Origin: Candidatus Cloacimonadota bacterium
GTDB taxonomy: Bacteria; Cloacimonadota; Cloacimonadia; Cloacimonadales; WRIO01
Reading direction: 5' to 3'
DNA length: 29,092 nt
Assembly (NCBI GenBank): GCA_029564175.1
Contig: JAKQQL010000454.1
Location: 1-29,092 of the forward strand
Below, in pieces: positions 18,203 to 26,668 of the stretch. The notes beneath the pieces were generated by a model. That model was not told where the DNA came from, searched no databases, and saw only the letters and a program-made list of their open reading frames with translations. The translations under genes were made by a program, and so were the position numbers. The first letter of the stretch is position 1, and each line of letters opens with the position of its first letter.

Positions 18203-19459
18203 TCAGCTACTCAAATCGACATATTCTCTTTGAATAGGCATAGTCATACATCTGGCTCCACCACCACCTCGGGAAAGTTCAGCTCCTGAAATGGCGATTG
18301 CATACCGGTCATATTTACTAATATCAATCTTACCCTTGAGAATGTCAACCGCTTCAAAACGTGGCATGTTAGCAACTTTTTCAAGTTCATCAAAAGTATG
18401 CGTATTTCTACCGTAACCAATAACTTTTCCTGGTGCGATTGTGAAATAATTAGCTCCACACATCCATTGTTCACGTTCTTGTCTTAATCTCTCTTTACCT
18501 CCGCAAAGCACAGGAATCAAATCAATACCTACTTTTTTTAAACCTGAGAGAAGGTCAGTAACCATTGTAATCTTGTTGACTTTTTCAGTCATATCAATAT
18601 GAACCACTCCCAGTTTATCTTCTCCGAGAATAACAGGTTCATGAACAACACAATAATGACTGTCAACCATTGTAAAAATCATATCGAGATGAATCATGGC
18701 TCTTTCTTTAGGTAAAATGACTGCAAAAATATGTTTAATTTGACCTTTTTCTCTGAATTTTTCTGTTAACTGATCAATTGCTTCTGAGGTAGTTCTTTCA
18801 GATAAGCCAATAGCCAGAACATCTTCGCGGATAACCAGAATGTCGCCACCTTCAAATTTTGAATTATGATGAAAGCCATTGACTTTATCAAAATAGAAAC
18901 CATCAGATAGGAAATCATCATGATGTGCAAAAATGTATCTCATTATAGTGGCTTCAGCACTTCGAATTAAATTGGCCATTGACCCTGTAAGAACTGATTC
19001 ATTAATAATGATAGCACTGTCACGCGTATATACAAAATTGGGTAAAGGGGGTAAGGAATATTTTCTGGGAGACAAAAACCGAGTTAATGTATCTTTCTTT
19101 TTTTCTACACCGCAGATTAATAAATTTGCTAATGTCGTAGAATCTAGAGGCATTAAATCATCTAAAATGTGCTGGGATGCATTCATTTCATCTATCAGTT
19201 GTTTGAGTAATTCTTCCCGTTCATTAACTTTATCCAGTACGTCTCTCAATAAGTCTTTTATCTGGTAAACATTGGCGTGGATTTTCAAAATACCAGCCAG
19301 TTCTCTATGTTCATGAACGGCTGTTTTTAAATCTAGAATATCATCATAGAGTAAATCTTCAGAAGTCTTTGGCGTCATAATCTCTATTTCAGAACCAGGT
19401 TCATGTATAATGACTTTTTTAAGTTTACCTATTTCTGACTTGATGGATAATTTTCCCAT
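18203..19459 (-). CDS. arcA: Arginine deiminase
   Basis: SEIGKLKKV, PLPNFVYTRD, EGGD, HLD, ELSRGGGGARCMTMP (catalytic Cys). SD GGAGG. Confidence 0.93.
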   Translation of the reverse strand: MGKLSIKSEIGKLKKVIIHEPGSEIEIMTPKTSEDLLYDDILDLKTAVHEHRELAGILKIHANVYQIKDLLRDVLDKVNEREELLKQLIDEMNASQHILDDLMPLDSTTLANLLICGVEKKKDTLTRFLSPRKYSLPPLPNFVYTRDSAIIINESVLTGSMANLIRSAEATIMRYIFAHHDDFLSDGFYFDKVNGFHHNSKFEGGDILVIREDVLAIGLSERTTSEAIDQLTEKFREKGQIKHIFAVILPKERAMIHLDMIFTMVDSHYCVVHEPVILGEDKLGVVHIDMTEKVNKITMVTDLLSGLKKVGIDLIPVLCGGKERLRQEREQWMCGANYFTIAPGKVIGYGRNTHTFDELEKVANMPRFEAVDILKGKIDISKYDRYAIAISGAELSRGGGGARCMTMPIQREYVDLSS

Positions 19460-19469
19460 TAAGTGCCTC

Positions 19470-19492
19470 CATTAAAATATGTTATTTTAATG
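19470..19492. promoter_or_regulatory. Perfect 10-3-10 inverted repeat abutting the arcA Shine-Dalgarno (operator or RNA hairpin)
   Basis: CATTAAAATA-TGT-TATTTTAATG. A minus-strand TTGACA lies at 19522-19517. Confidence 0.4.
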
Positions 19493-19656
19493 TCAGTTTC
19501 TTAGATAAGTGCATTTTGTCAAGTGATCTGTTTTCTGATTACAAATGAACATTTCCTCAAGATGATGAATAATGAAAAAAAAGTAAAAAAAATAAAAATT
19601 ATCACTATTATGGATTTTTATAAACTTAGTTAAACATTTCTGCTGTTTTTTGCAGG

Positions 19657-20139
19657 TTAATCTGTCTCTTTTTCTGGATAGAATATAACTGAATGAGAGT
19701 CGAGTTCTTTTGAGACATAATTGAATTTAGCACTAAAAAATGATTTATTCTGAGCGATCCAGGAAAGAAAGTGTTTATCTCCTTCCCACAAAGGAAGCTC
19801 CAGCAGTTTATCATTATCAATCCATTCAAGATTTCCTTCATTTGATTGAATCATTTCTCCAGAAAACTGGTCAGCAGTAAACAGGAATACATACCAGTCA
19901 TCTTTTCCATCAAAGTCAGGAAAGGTAAGAAAGCCTCTCAGATGTGGATTTTGAATCGTAAAACCACTTTCTTCCAGAACTTCTCTGATGATACAATCTT
20001 CAGGTGATTCCCCCTGCTCAAACTTGCCACCGAGACCGTTCCATTTTCCTTCATGCATATCATTTTCTTTTTTAATACGGTGCATCATCAAGGTTTGATT
20101 TTGATCATTTTGGATATAACAAAGTGTTGCAAGCTTCAT
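19657..20139 (-). CDS. Nudix hydrolase, 8-oxo-dGTPase (MTH1/NUDT1-like)
   Basis: KWNGLGGKFEQGESPEDCIIREVLEESG Nudix box, EGNLEW, LWEGD. Confidence 0.85.
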   Translation of the reverse strand: MKLATLCYIQNDQNQTLMMHRIKKENDMHEGKWNGLGGKFEQGESPEDCIIREVLEESGFTIQNPHLRGFLTFPDFDGKDDWYVFLFTADQFSGEMIQSNEGNLEWIDNDKLLELPLWEGDKHFLSWIAQNKSFFSAKFNYVSKELDSHSVIFYPEKETD

Positions 20140-20151
20140 TTAATACCTATA

Positions 20152-20730
20152 TCAGTAAAGTTCAGGAAACATAATTCGTTCGACTTCTTCTATGATAGAA
20201 TGAAGAATCAGCATGTGGATTTCCTGAATTCTGTCAGTTGTTTTGCCTGGAATAATGAGTTCATAGTCGCAAATCCCTTTTAACTTTCCACCTTCTTTTC
20301 CAAGAAGAGCAATGGTAATCATCTTTTTTTCTTTGGCTTTTTCCACTGCATTAATTATATTGGGTGAATTACCACTGGTTGATATGCCAATAAAAAAATC
20401 ATCTTCCTTAGCAAAAGCTTCAACACCTCTTGAGAAAATATCTTCAAATCCGTAATCATTACCGACACAAGTGATATGAGAACTGTCTGTAATAGAAATA
20501 ACGGGTAATGCCATACGATTTTTATGAAAACGACCAGTAAATTCTTCAGCAAAATGCATTGCGTCACAGGCACTGCCTCCATTGCCTGCTATCAATCCCT
20601 TTTTACCAGATTTAAAACAAAAAGCAATTGTTTTGCTAATCTTGTCCATCGTGCTGATATTTTCTTCATTCTGAAAGAAATCGTTGATTAGATGAATCAG
20701 CGTATGTGCATTCGTGTTATGTTGAGACAT
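20152..20730 (-). CDS. gmhA: Phosphoheptose (sedoheptulose-7-phosphate) isomerase
   Basis: GNGGSACDAMHFAEEFTGRF, NDYGF, ISTSGNS, RIQEIH. SD AGGAGG. Confidence 0.93.
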   Translation of the reverse strand: MSQHNTNAHTLIHLINDFFQNEENISTMDKISKTIAFCFKSGKKGLIAGNGGSACDAMHFAEEFTGRFHKNRMALPVISITDSSHITCVGNDYGFEDIFSRGVEAFAKEDDFFIGISTSGNSPNIINAVEKAKEKKMITIALLGKEGGKLKGICDYELIIPGKTTDRIQEIHMLILHSIIEEVERIMFPELY

Positions 20731-20741
20731 CGTTCCTCCTG

Positions 20742-20770
20742 AAAAAAAAGGCTGTCATTTCTGACAGCCT
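20742..20770 (-). terminator. Intrinsic terminator downstream of gdhA
   Basis: Minus strand AGGCTGTCA-GAAA-TGACAGCCT followed by seven U. Confidence 0.85.
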
Positions 20771-20788
20771 GTATTTAAATTATTTTGA

Positions 20789-22123
20789 TTAAATAACGCC
20801 CTGGTCAACCATTGCATTAGCTACTTTTAAGAAGCCAGCAATATTCGCACCTTTAACGTAGTTAACAAAACCATCAGCATCTTTACCGTATTTACAGCAA
20901 GCTTCATGAATGTTAATCATGATACCATGTAATTTTGCATCAACTTCTTCAGCTGTCCAGTTTAAGTGCATAGCATTCTGAGTCATTTCAAGACCAGAAG
21001 TAGCAACACCACCAGCATTAGAAGCTTTTCCTGGTGCAAATAAAACTTTTGCAGCTAAGAATGCTTCAACCGCTTCAGGAGTACAAGGCATGTTAGCGCC
21101 TTCTGTTAAGCAGATAACGCCATTAGCGATGAGTTTTTTAGCATCTTCTTCGTTAAGTTCGTTTTGAGTAGCACATGGAAGAGCCACATCCACTTTAACT
21201 TCCCAAGGTCTTTTACCAGCATGGAATTCACAACCAAATTTGTCAGCATAGTCTTTAACTCTGTCATTGTTTGAAGAACGCATTTCAAGTAAGAAATTAA
21301 TTTTTTCGCCAAGAATACCATCTTTATCATAGATATATCCGTCAGGACCTGAAAGAGTTACTACTTTTCCGCCTAATTCAGCAACTTTAATACAAGCGCC
21401 CCAAGCCACATTACCGAAACCGGAAACAGCTACAGTTTTGCCTTCAAAAGTTAAGCCTTTAGTTTTTAATTGTTCCTGAGCAAAATAAACAACACCAAAA
21501 CCAGTTGCTTGTGGTCTGATTAAGCTTCCGCCCCAGTTGATACCTTTGCCTGTTAAGACGCCAGTATGTTCGTTAGCTAATTTTTTATACATACCGAACA
21601 TGTAACCGATTTCACGTCCGCCAACACCAATATCACCAGCAGGAACGTCTGTATCAGCACCGATATGACGGAATAATTCGATCATAAATGTCTGGCAGAA
21701 ACGCATAATTTCGCCGTCTGATTTGCCTTTTGCATCAAAATCAGCTCCACCTTTACCACCACCCATAGGAAGTGTGGTTAAACTGTTTTTGAAGATTTGT
21801 TCGAAACCTAAGAATTTTAAGATTGAAAGGTTTACGGATGGGTGGAAACGAAGTCCGCCTTTGTATGGTCCGATAGCACTGTTGAACTGAACGCGGTAGC
21901 CACGGTTAACTTGTACGTTACCTTTATCATCTACCCATGGAACACGGAACATAATCACTCTTTCTGGTTCTACGATTCTTTCAAGAATGTTCGCTTTTAC
22001 AAAACGAGGATTAGCATTGTAAACATCCCACACAGTTTCAACAACTTCTTTAACAGCTTGTAAAAACTCAGGCTGACCTGGATTTTTTGCAGCTACACGA
22101 TCTAAGAATTCGTGCATTGTCAT
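20789..22123 (-). CDS. gdhA: Glutamate dehydrogenase (GdhA/Gdh-1 type)
   Basis: GPYKGGLRFHP, MGGGKGG, DVPAGDIGVG, GFGNV, PCATQNE, EGANMP, NAGGV. ATG 22123 with SD GGAGG at 22129-22133. Codons (GGT/GCT/CGT/AAC) look like those of a highly expressed gene. Confidence 0.95.
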   Translation of the reverse strand: MTMHEFLDRVAAKNPGQPEFLQAVKEVVETVWDVYNANPRFVKANILERIVEPERVIMFRVPWVDDKGNVQVNRGYRVQFNSAIGPYKGGLRFHPSVNLSILKFLGFEQIFKNSLTTLPMGGGKGGADFDAKGKSDGEIMRFCQTFMIELFRHIGADTDVPAGDIGVGGREIGYMFGMYKKLANEHTGVLTGKGINWGGSLIRPQATGFGVVYFAQEQLKTKGLTFEGKTVAVSGFGNVAWGACIKVAELGGKVVTLSGPDGYIYDKDGILGEKINFLLEMRSSNNDRVKDYADKFGCEFHAGKRPWEVKVDVALPCATQNELNEEDAKKLIANGVICLTEGANMPCTPEAVEAFLAAKVLFAPGKASNAGGVATSGLEMTQNAMHLNWTAEEVDAKLHGIMINIHEACCKYGKDADGFVNYVKGANIAGFLKVANAMVDQGVI

Positions 22124-22331
22124 GACGACCTCCAAATATATTCTTTTGTTATAAATTTTTATAAGCTTGGATTTATTGTCAAGCTTTTTAATGCAGATTT
22201 ATTTAAATACCTCATAAAGCTTGAAATATAGTAAGATATAAAAGTAAAAAAAAAATAAAACTCAATGCTTATTTCTCTCTTTTCGAGTTTTTTTCATAAA
22301 AGTGTTATTTTCAGACTGAATACTCATATAG

Positions 22332-22370
22332 AAAAAGACCATGAAATGAATTTCTTCAAAACATGGTCTT
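22332..22370 (-). terminator. Terminator-like hairpin downstream of the glycosyltransferase genes
   Basis: AAGACCATG...CATGGTCTT outer stem, inner TGAA/TTCA stem with a GAAA loop on the minus strand, then a short U-run. Confidence 0.55.
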
Positions 22371-22474
22371 CTAAGTATTGTAGAAATTACGAATGATTGT
22401 ATTTTTATTAAATTTTCAAAGCAGACAAATTAGAAAAATTATATTTTTATTTGTTGATAATTCTAAAGTAACAG

Positions 22475-22503
22475 ATAAGGAAGGTATAAGGATAGAATAA
22501 GGA
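22475..22503. repeat. Three ATAAGGA direct repeats with 11-bp period
   Basis: ATAAGGA at 22475, 22486 and 22497. Confidence 0.6.
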
Positions 22504-22593
22504 AAGAAATTTGATTATCTTGAATTATACTTGTTGATATGAATGTAATTATAGAATTTGATTCAAGATATTTTTCCAACTCAATGAATGTTA

Positions 22594-25500
22594 CTAAGCA
22601 TCCAATATCACATTTAAAATTTTATCTGTTGCATCTGCTTTTTCGATATTGTTTATTAGCTGACGTGTGACATTTTTTCGTATGCTAAAGTTTGGATCAT
22701 TTCCCCCAAAAGCAAGTATAACGGCTTCTTTTATCTCTTTTAATGAGTTTGTCTGATGAGCGATATGTCTAAACTTAAACTCAATATCATCTGGATTGTA
22801 GTTTGTGTATTTATGCCAGTTTGGATTATTGAACAAAATCAGGGGTTTATCAAGTGAAGCAAACTCGATCATAGCAGAAGATACATCAGATATCATTAGA
22901 TCAGCTAATGCGAGATAAGGTGTGATATCGTGATCTTCAATATATATCACTCTTTTGTCAGATTCAGCCAGCTCTTTATATAAGTCTCTGTATTTCTTTT
23001 TGGTAGATCCATGAAGTTTGATCAAAAGATAAGTGTTATCATCAGGTATGACATCGCTTATTCTGTTCATGACATAGGGGATTGTGGATAGCTCATCATT
23101 AAACGTGGGAGCAAACAAAATATATTTAAAATCATGGGGGAGATGATACTGTTTTAAAACTTTCTCTCTGGTGTAAACTCCATTATATAAATCATCCAGT
23201 TTTGCCATACCTGTTGCGAAGACTGGTTTACTAATGATTTGTTTCATTATGTTGGCATGATATTCACCTGGAACACAAACAAAGTCTGCTTGCTCTTCTC
23301 GTCTAGCTGTAGCTGTGTCGGTATAATATTGCCCTTTACAGAGTATCCCATGACCAATATGGATTAGCTTACCGCAATTCTGAACCCATGGATAAACGGA
23401 ATCAGCAATCACTGTTACTTCAGGTTTGAAATCCTGAGGAATCTGAAACATAGGCAGATTGTATGATTTTAAGATATTCATTTCTTCAGGCGTAAAACCA
23501 GCTCTAATATCTGGTGCATAAGACATAAAACCGATAGCAAGCTCAATAGTGTCCTGCATTGTAAGTAGTTTGTCTTGTATTGGTTTTAAGATAGGGATAT
23601 GTACATTTTTGAAGTAATAAAGGAGGACTTTTTTCTTGTGATGAATTTTATGTTTAAAACGCTGGTACTCATTAACATAAAATTCGGCATCGTCATTGAT
23701 TGATTTAACACCTGGAATATTTTGAGTCATTTGCTGAATGAAATTAGGATTATTGACTATTTCATTTAATTTTTTTAATAAATCATTTTCATCTCCGGCA
23801 TTAAAAAGCAACCCATTTTGCTTGTCTTTTACGGCTTCAGGTATTCCGCCTGCATTACTAGCAATAACAGGCGTATTATACATAAAAGCTTCTTGCACAA
23901 GCAAAGGATAATTTTCCATTAAGGAAGGGATTACGGCAATATCCATATTCGCAAAAATCTCAGGTAAATCTTTAGGATGGTATTCTCCATGAAAAAATAT
24001 ATTTGGTATTGTCAGGCATTGTTTAACAATAAATGAGCTGAATTCTTCATCGTATGATTTTCCCCAAATATGTAATTGAGCTTTCGGATGATTTAATCTG
24101 ATGAATGAATTCACTAAAAGATTTACACCCTTTCTTCTGATTATTTGACCTGCATAACCGAACCTTAGGCAATCAGACGATTGTTTATCTATGGCTTTCT
24201 TAATAATAAAACCTAAGGGATTGACTCTAATATTATGGAAATTATATTCATTAAACTTCTGCTTTAGATAATTACTTGGAGCGTAAAGCTTATTAATATG
24301 ATTATATTGTTCTGCTAAATAATAAAATCTATTTAATTTGTAACTATGTGCGGCAGATATAAGGGTTTGATGGTTCTTTTTGTCTACATGATGATTTAGC
24401 AGACACCATGTGCATTTATCTACAGAATCAGGACCTGAACATAATACTTGATCTGGTGTCATTAAATGCCATTCATCACATAAGAACCAGTAATCATGCA
24501 AAGTCATTACGCATGGAGTGTTCGTTTCATTACAAACCTGAATGGGTGAGGCAGATAGTTGACCAAGTCCATGAAAATGAACTAGGTCAAAATGATTTTT
24601 TGTCAGAAACTTGTTAAAAAACTGATAAACCAATTTAGAATTAATATTCTCATATTCAAAAACATTGGGGTTTTTGTATAATTTGTGTACCTTTAATCCT
24701 TCATATTGACTTAATTCATATTCGCCAGGTTGATGATTGTGGTCTCTGAATACAGGATGAAATATTTCTACTTCAGCTAATCCTGACTGATTTATTGCCT
24801 GAGCCAGGTTTTTTGCATATATTTGTGCTCCTGCATATCGGTATGGTGGAAAGTCATGACAAACAAACAGGATTTTTAATTTCTTCGGATGAGTTTTACC
24901 TGAAATTTTAAGTGAAGAGATTAGTTCATTATGTTGTAATGAAATGGTATCATTCTCCCATTTTTCAACAGTATATAAATGTTTGAGTAGTTTGCTCAAT
25001 CTTAACTTTTCATTTTGATTATCTGATTTTTGAGCATTTTCCAGTTGGTGATGCCACTTAATAGCTTGAGTATTGTATTGATGAACGTAAGTACTGTTTT
25101 CAAGTTTCCAGAAACCATCTTCTGAGAAAATATCAAATTCTGTTTTTATAGCATGATCTCCCCATTTTTCAATAAAGAGAGCAAAATTCTTTTCATCATT
25201 GTTAGAAATCCTGGGTGTTTGGCTTTCTAAATGGTATAATTCTGCTTTGGGTTCATACCATATTTCTTTTCCAGCTTGTCTGACTTTACAGCAGTAGTCA
25301 ATATCTTCACAACCATTTATGTACCGTTCATCAAAACCACCGAGTTCTAAAAAAAGTTTTTTAGGTGTAATCAAACAAGCTGCCGTAACAGCATCCCATT
25401 GTCTTCTTTGATTGACCAGTGCGTTATCTCTTTCAACATATTTATAGGGGTGCTTAAAGAATTTTCTATCTCTTCTTAGAACAACTCCACAGTGCTGAAT

Positions 25501-26649
25501 AAAATCATCAGGATAAAGTAGTTTTGCGCCAACTATGCCAATATTATTATCATTACTAATAGTCTGATAAAGATTATCCAGCCAATAGGGAAGAGGTATC
25601 GTATCATTATTCAGTAGAACCAGATAATCTCCACTGGCGATTTTTGCTGCCTGATTGTTAGCTTTTGCATATCCGAGATTTTCTTCATTTCTGATAATCT
25701 TTATATTAGAGCATTTTTTTTGAACATCGCTTAGGTAAATAGGAGTTTCATCTGAAGAGGCATTGTCAATAATAATAATTTCAAAAGAGTGAGTTTTTAT
25801 AGTTTTAAACAGATTTTCTAAACATTGTTGAGTTAGTTTCTGTTTATTCCAGACAGGTATGACAATTGAAACATTAGTTTTATCTTTTGTTTTTAAGTAA
25901 GAGAAATCGTATATTTTGGATAATGGTTTCCATTGTCTGGCTTCAATCATAAAATTACCATTCTTTAAGAGACGATATTGAGTATCATAAACAGAACCTG
26001 CTCTTGTTATGATAGAATAACAGTCAATCATCCACTCAGGTTTATTGCTCCAATTGATAAGTTCCTGAGTGATAACTGATAGACTATATTTTTTTGCTAA
26101 TTCAAATACTTTATTATAAGTGACTGATTTTGCTCTCCAATGGTTATGGAAATCTGGGTGGTTTTCAAATTCAGCAAATTCTCCACGATTTGAATGGTGA
26201 ATAAATGCGATACCATTTTTTGTTAATATTCTACTAAATTCAGATAAATATTCTTTTAAAACATCGATTTCACCATGTACAAGAGAGTCGTAAGAGAAAA
26301 CAAAGTCAATAGAGTTTTCTTCTGCAACTATAAGTGATTTACCATCATTTTGATAAAATTTCAAATGATTTTCATTTAAAAATCTTTTTTTGCAGTACTC
26401 AATACAATTTTCAGATAGATCTACGGCTATTAACTTCTTGCAATAATTCTTAAGGTAATTGGTCCATCTGCCATATCCTGGTGCAATTTCAAGGATTGTA
26501 TTAACTGGAAGTAGAGCTTGTATTCTAGGGTAAATCGTTCCATACCAGTGCATAACTACAGAACCCCATACTTTTGACCATTCATCACCTTGATGTTCCC
26601 ATTGATATGAATTATTCCATTTTTCTATATTACTCTTGATATCAGGCAT
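22594..26649 (-). CDS. Four-module protein: class I SAM methyltransferase + GT2 + GT4 + TagF-like (CDP-glycerol phosphotransferase family)
   Basis: MT: ILEIAPGYGRWT, VDLS, IDFVFSYD. GT2: VSIVIPVWN, IDNASSD, NLGYAKANN, LLNND, GGFDE, EDIDY. GT4: ILFVCHDFPP, TLHDYW, KGV, PSLMENYPLLVQEA, GGIPE. TagF-like: HIGHG, LFAPTF, IKLH, ISDVSS. SD AGGAG. Confidence 0.85.
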   Translation of the reverse strand: MPDIKSNIEKWNNSYQWEHQGDEWSKVWGSVVMHWYGTIYPRIQALLPVNTILEIAPGYGRWTNYLKNYCKKLIAVDLSENCIEYCKKRFLNENHLKFYQNDGKSLIVAEENSIDFVFSYDSLVHGEIDVLKEYLSEFSRILTKNGIAFIHHSNRGEFAEFENHPDFHNHWRAKSVTYNKVFELAKKYSLSVITQELINWSNKPEWMIDCYSIITRAGSVYDTQYRLLKNGNFMIEARQWKPLSKIYDFSYLKTKDKTNVSIVIPVWNKQKLTQQCLENLFKTIKTHSFEIIIIDNASSDETPIYLSDVQKKCSNIKIIRNEENLGYAKANNQAAKIASGDYLVLLNNDTIPLPYWLDNLYQTISNDNNIGIVGAKLLYPDDFIQHCGVVLRRDRKFFKHPYKYVERDNALVNQRRQWDAVTAACLITPKKLFLELGGFDERYINGCEDIDYCCKVRQAGKEIWYEPKAELYHLESQTPRISNNDEKNFALFIEKWGDHAIKTEFDIFSEDGFWKLENSTYVHQYNTQAIKWHHQLENAQKSDNQNEKLRLSKLLKHLYTVEKWENDTISLQHNELISSLKISGKTHPKKLKILFVCHDFPPYRYAGAQIYAKNLAQAINQSGLAEVEIFHPVFRDHNHQPGEYELSQYEGLKVHKLYKNPNVFEYENINSKLVYQFFNKFLTKNHFDLVHFHGLGQLSASPIQVCNETNTPCVMTLHDYWFLCDEWHLMTPDQVLCSGPDSVDKCTWCLLNHHVDKKNHQTLISAAHSYKLNRFYYLAEQYNHINKLYAPSNYLKQKFNEYNFHNIRVNPLGFIIKKAIDKQSSDCLRFGYAGQIIRRKGVNLLVNSFIRLNHPKAQLHIWGKSYDEEFSSFIVKQCLTIPNIFFHGEYHPKDLPEIFANMDIAVIPSLMENYPLLVQEAFMYNTPVIASNAGGIPEAVKDKQNGLLFNAGDENDLLKKLNEIVNNPNFIQQMTQNIPGVKSINDDAEFYVNEYQRFKHKIHHKKKVLLYYFKNVHIPILKPIQDKLLTMQDTIELAIGFMSYAPDIRAGFTPEEMNILKSYNLPMFQIPQDFKPEVTVIADSVYPWVQNCGKLIHIGHGILCKGQYYTDTATARREEQADFVCVPGEYHANIMKQIISKPVFATGMAKLDDLYNGVYTREKVLKQYHLPHDFKYILFAPTFNDELSTIPYVMNRISDVIPDDNTYLLIKLHGSTKKKYRDLYKELAESDKRVIYIEDHDITPYLALADLMISDVSSAMIEFASLDKPLILFNNPNWHKYTNYNPDDIEFKFRHIAHQTNSLKEIKEAVILAFGGNDPNFSIRKNVTRQLINNIEKADATDKILNVILDA

Positions 26650-26668
26650 GACTTCTCCTGTTACTTAA

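Noticed and set aside
22146..22164. Rex or other operator upstream of gdhA (TTATAAA-TT-TTTATAA)
   Set aside because: An all-AT palindrome expected by chance, and the right half does not match the Rex consensus.
1432..24617. Numerous 60-116 aa ORFs overlapping or antisense to the main genes (e.g. 1432-1782, 7582-7863, 8800-9126, 18933-19268, 21842-22063)
   Set aside because: Shadow ORFs of well-supported genes, with no motifs or SD sites noticed.
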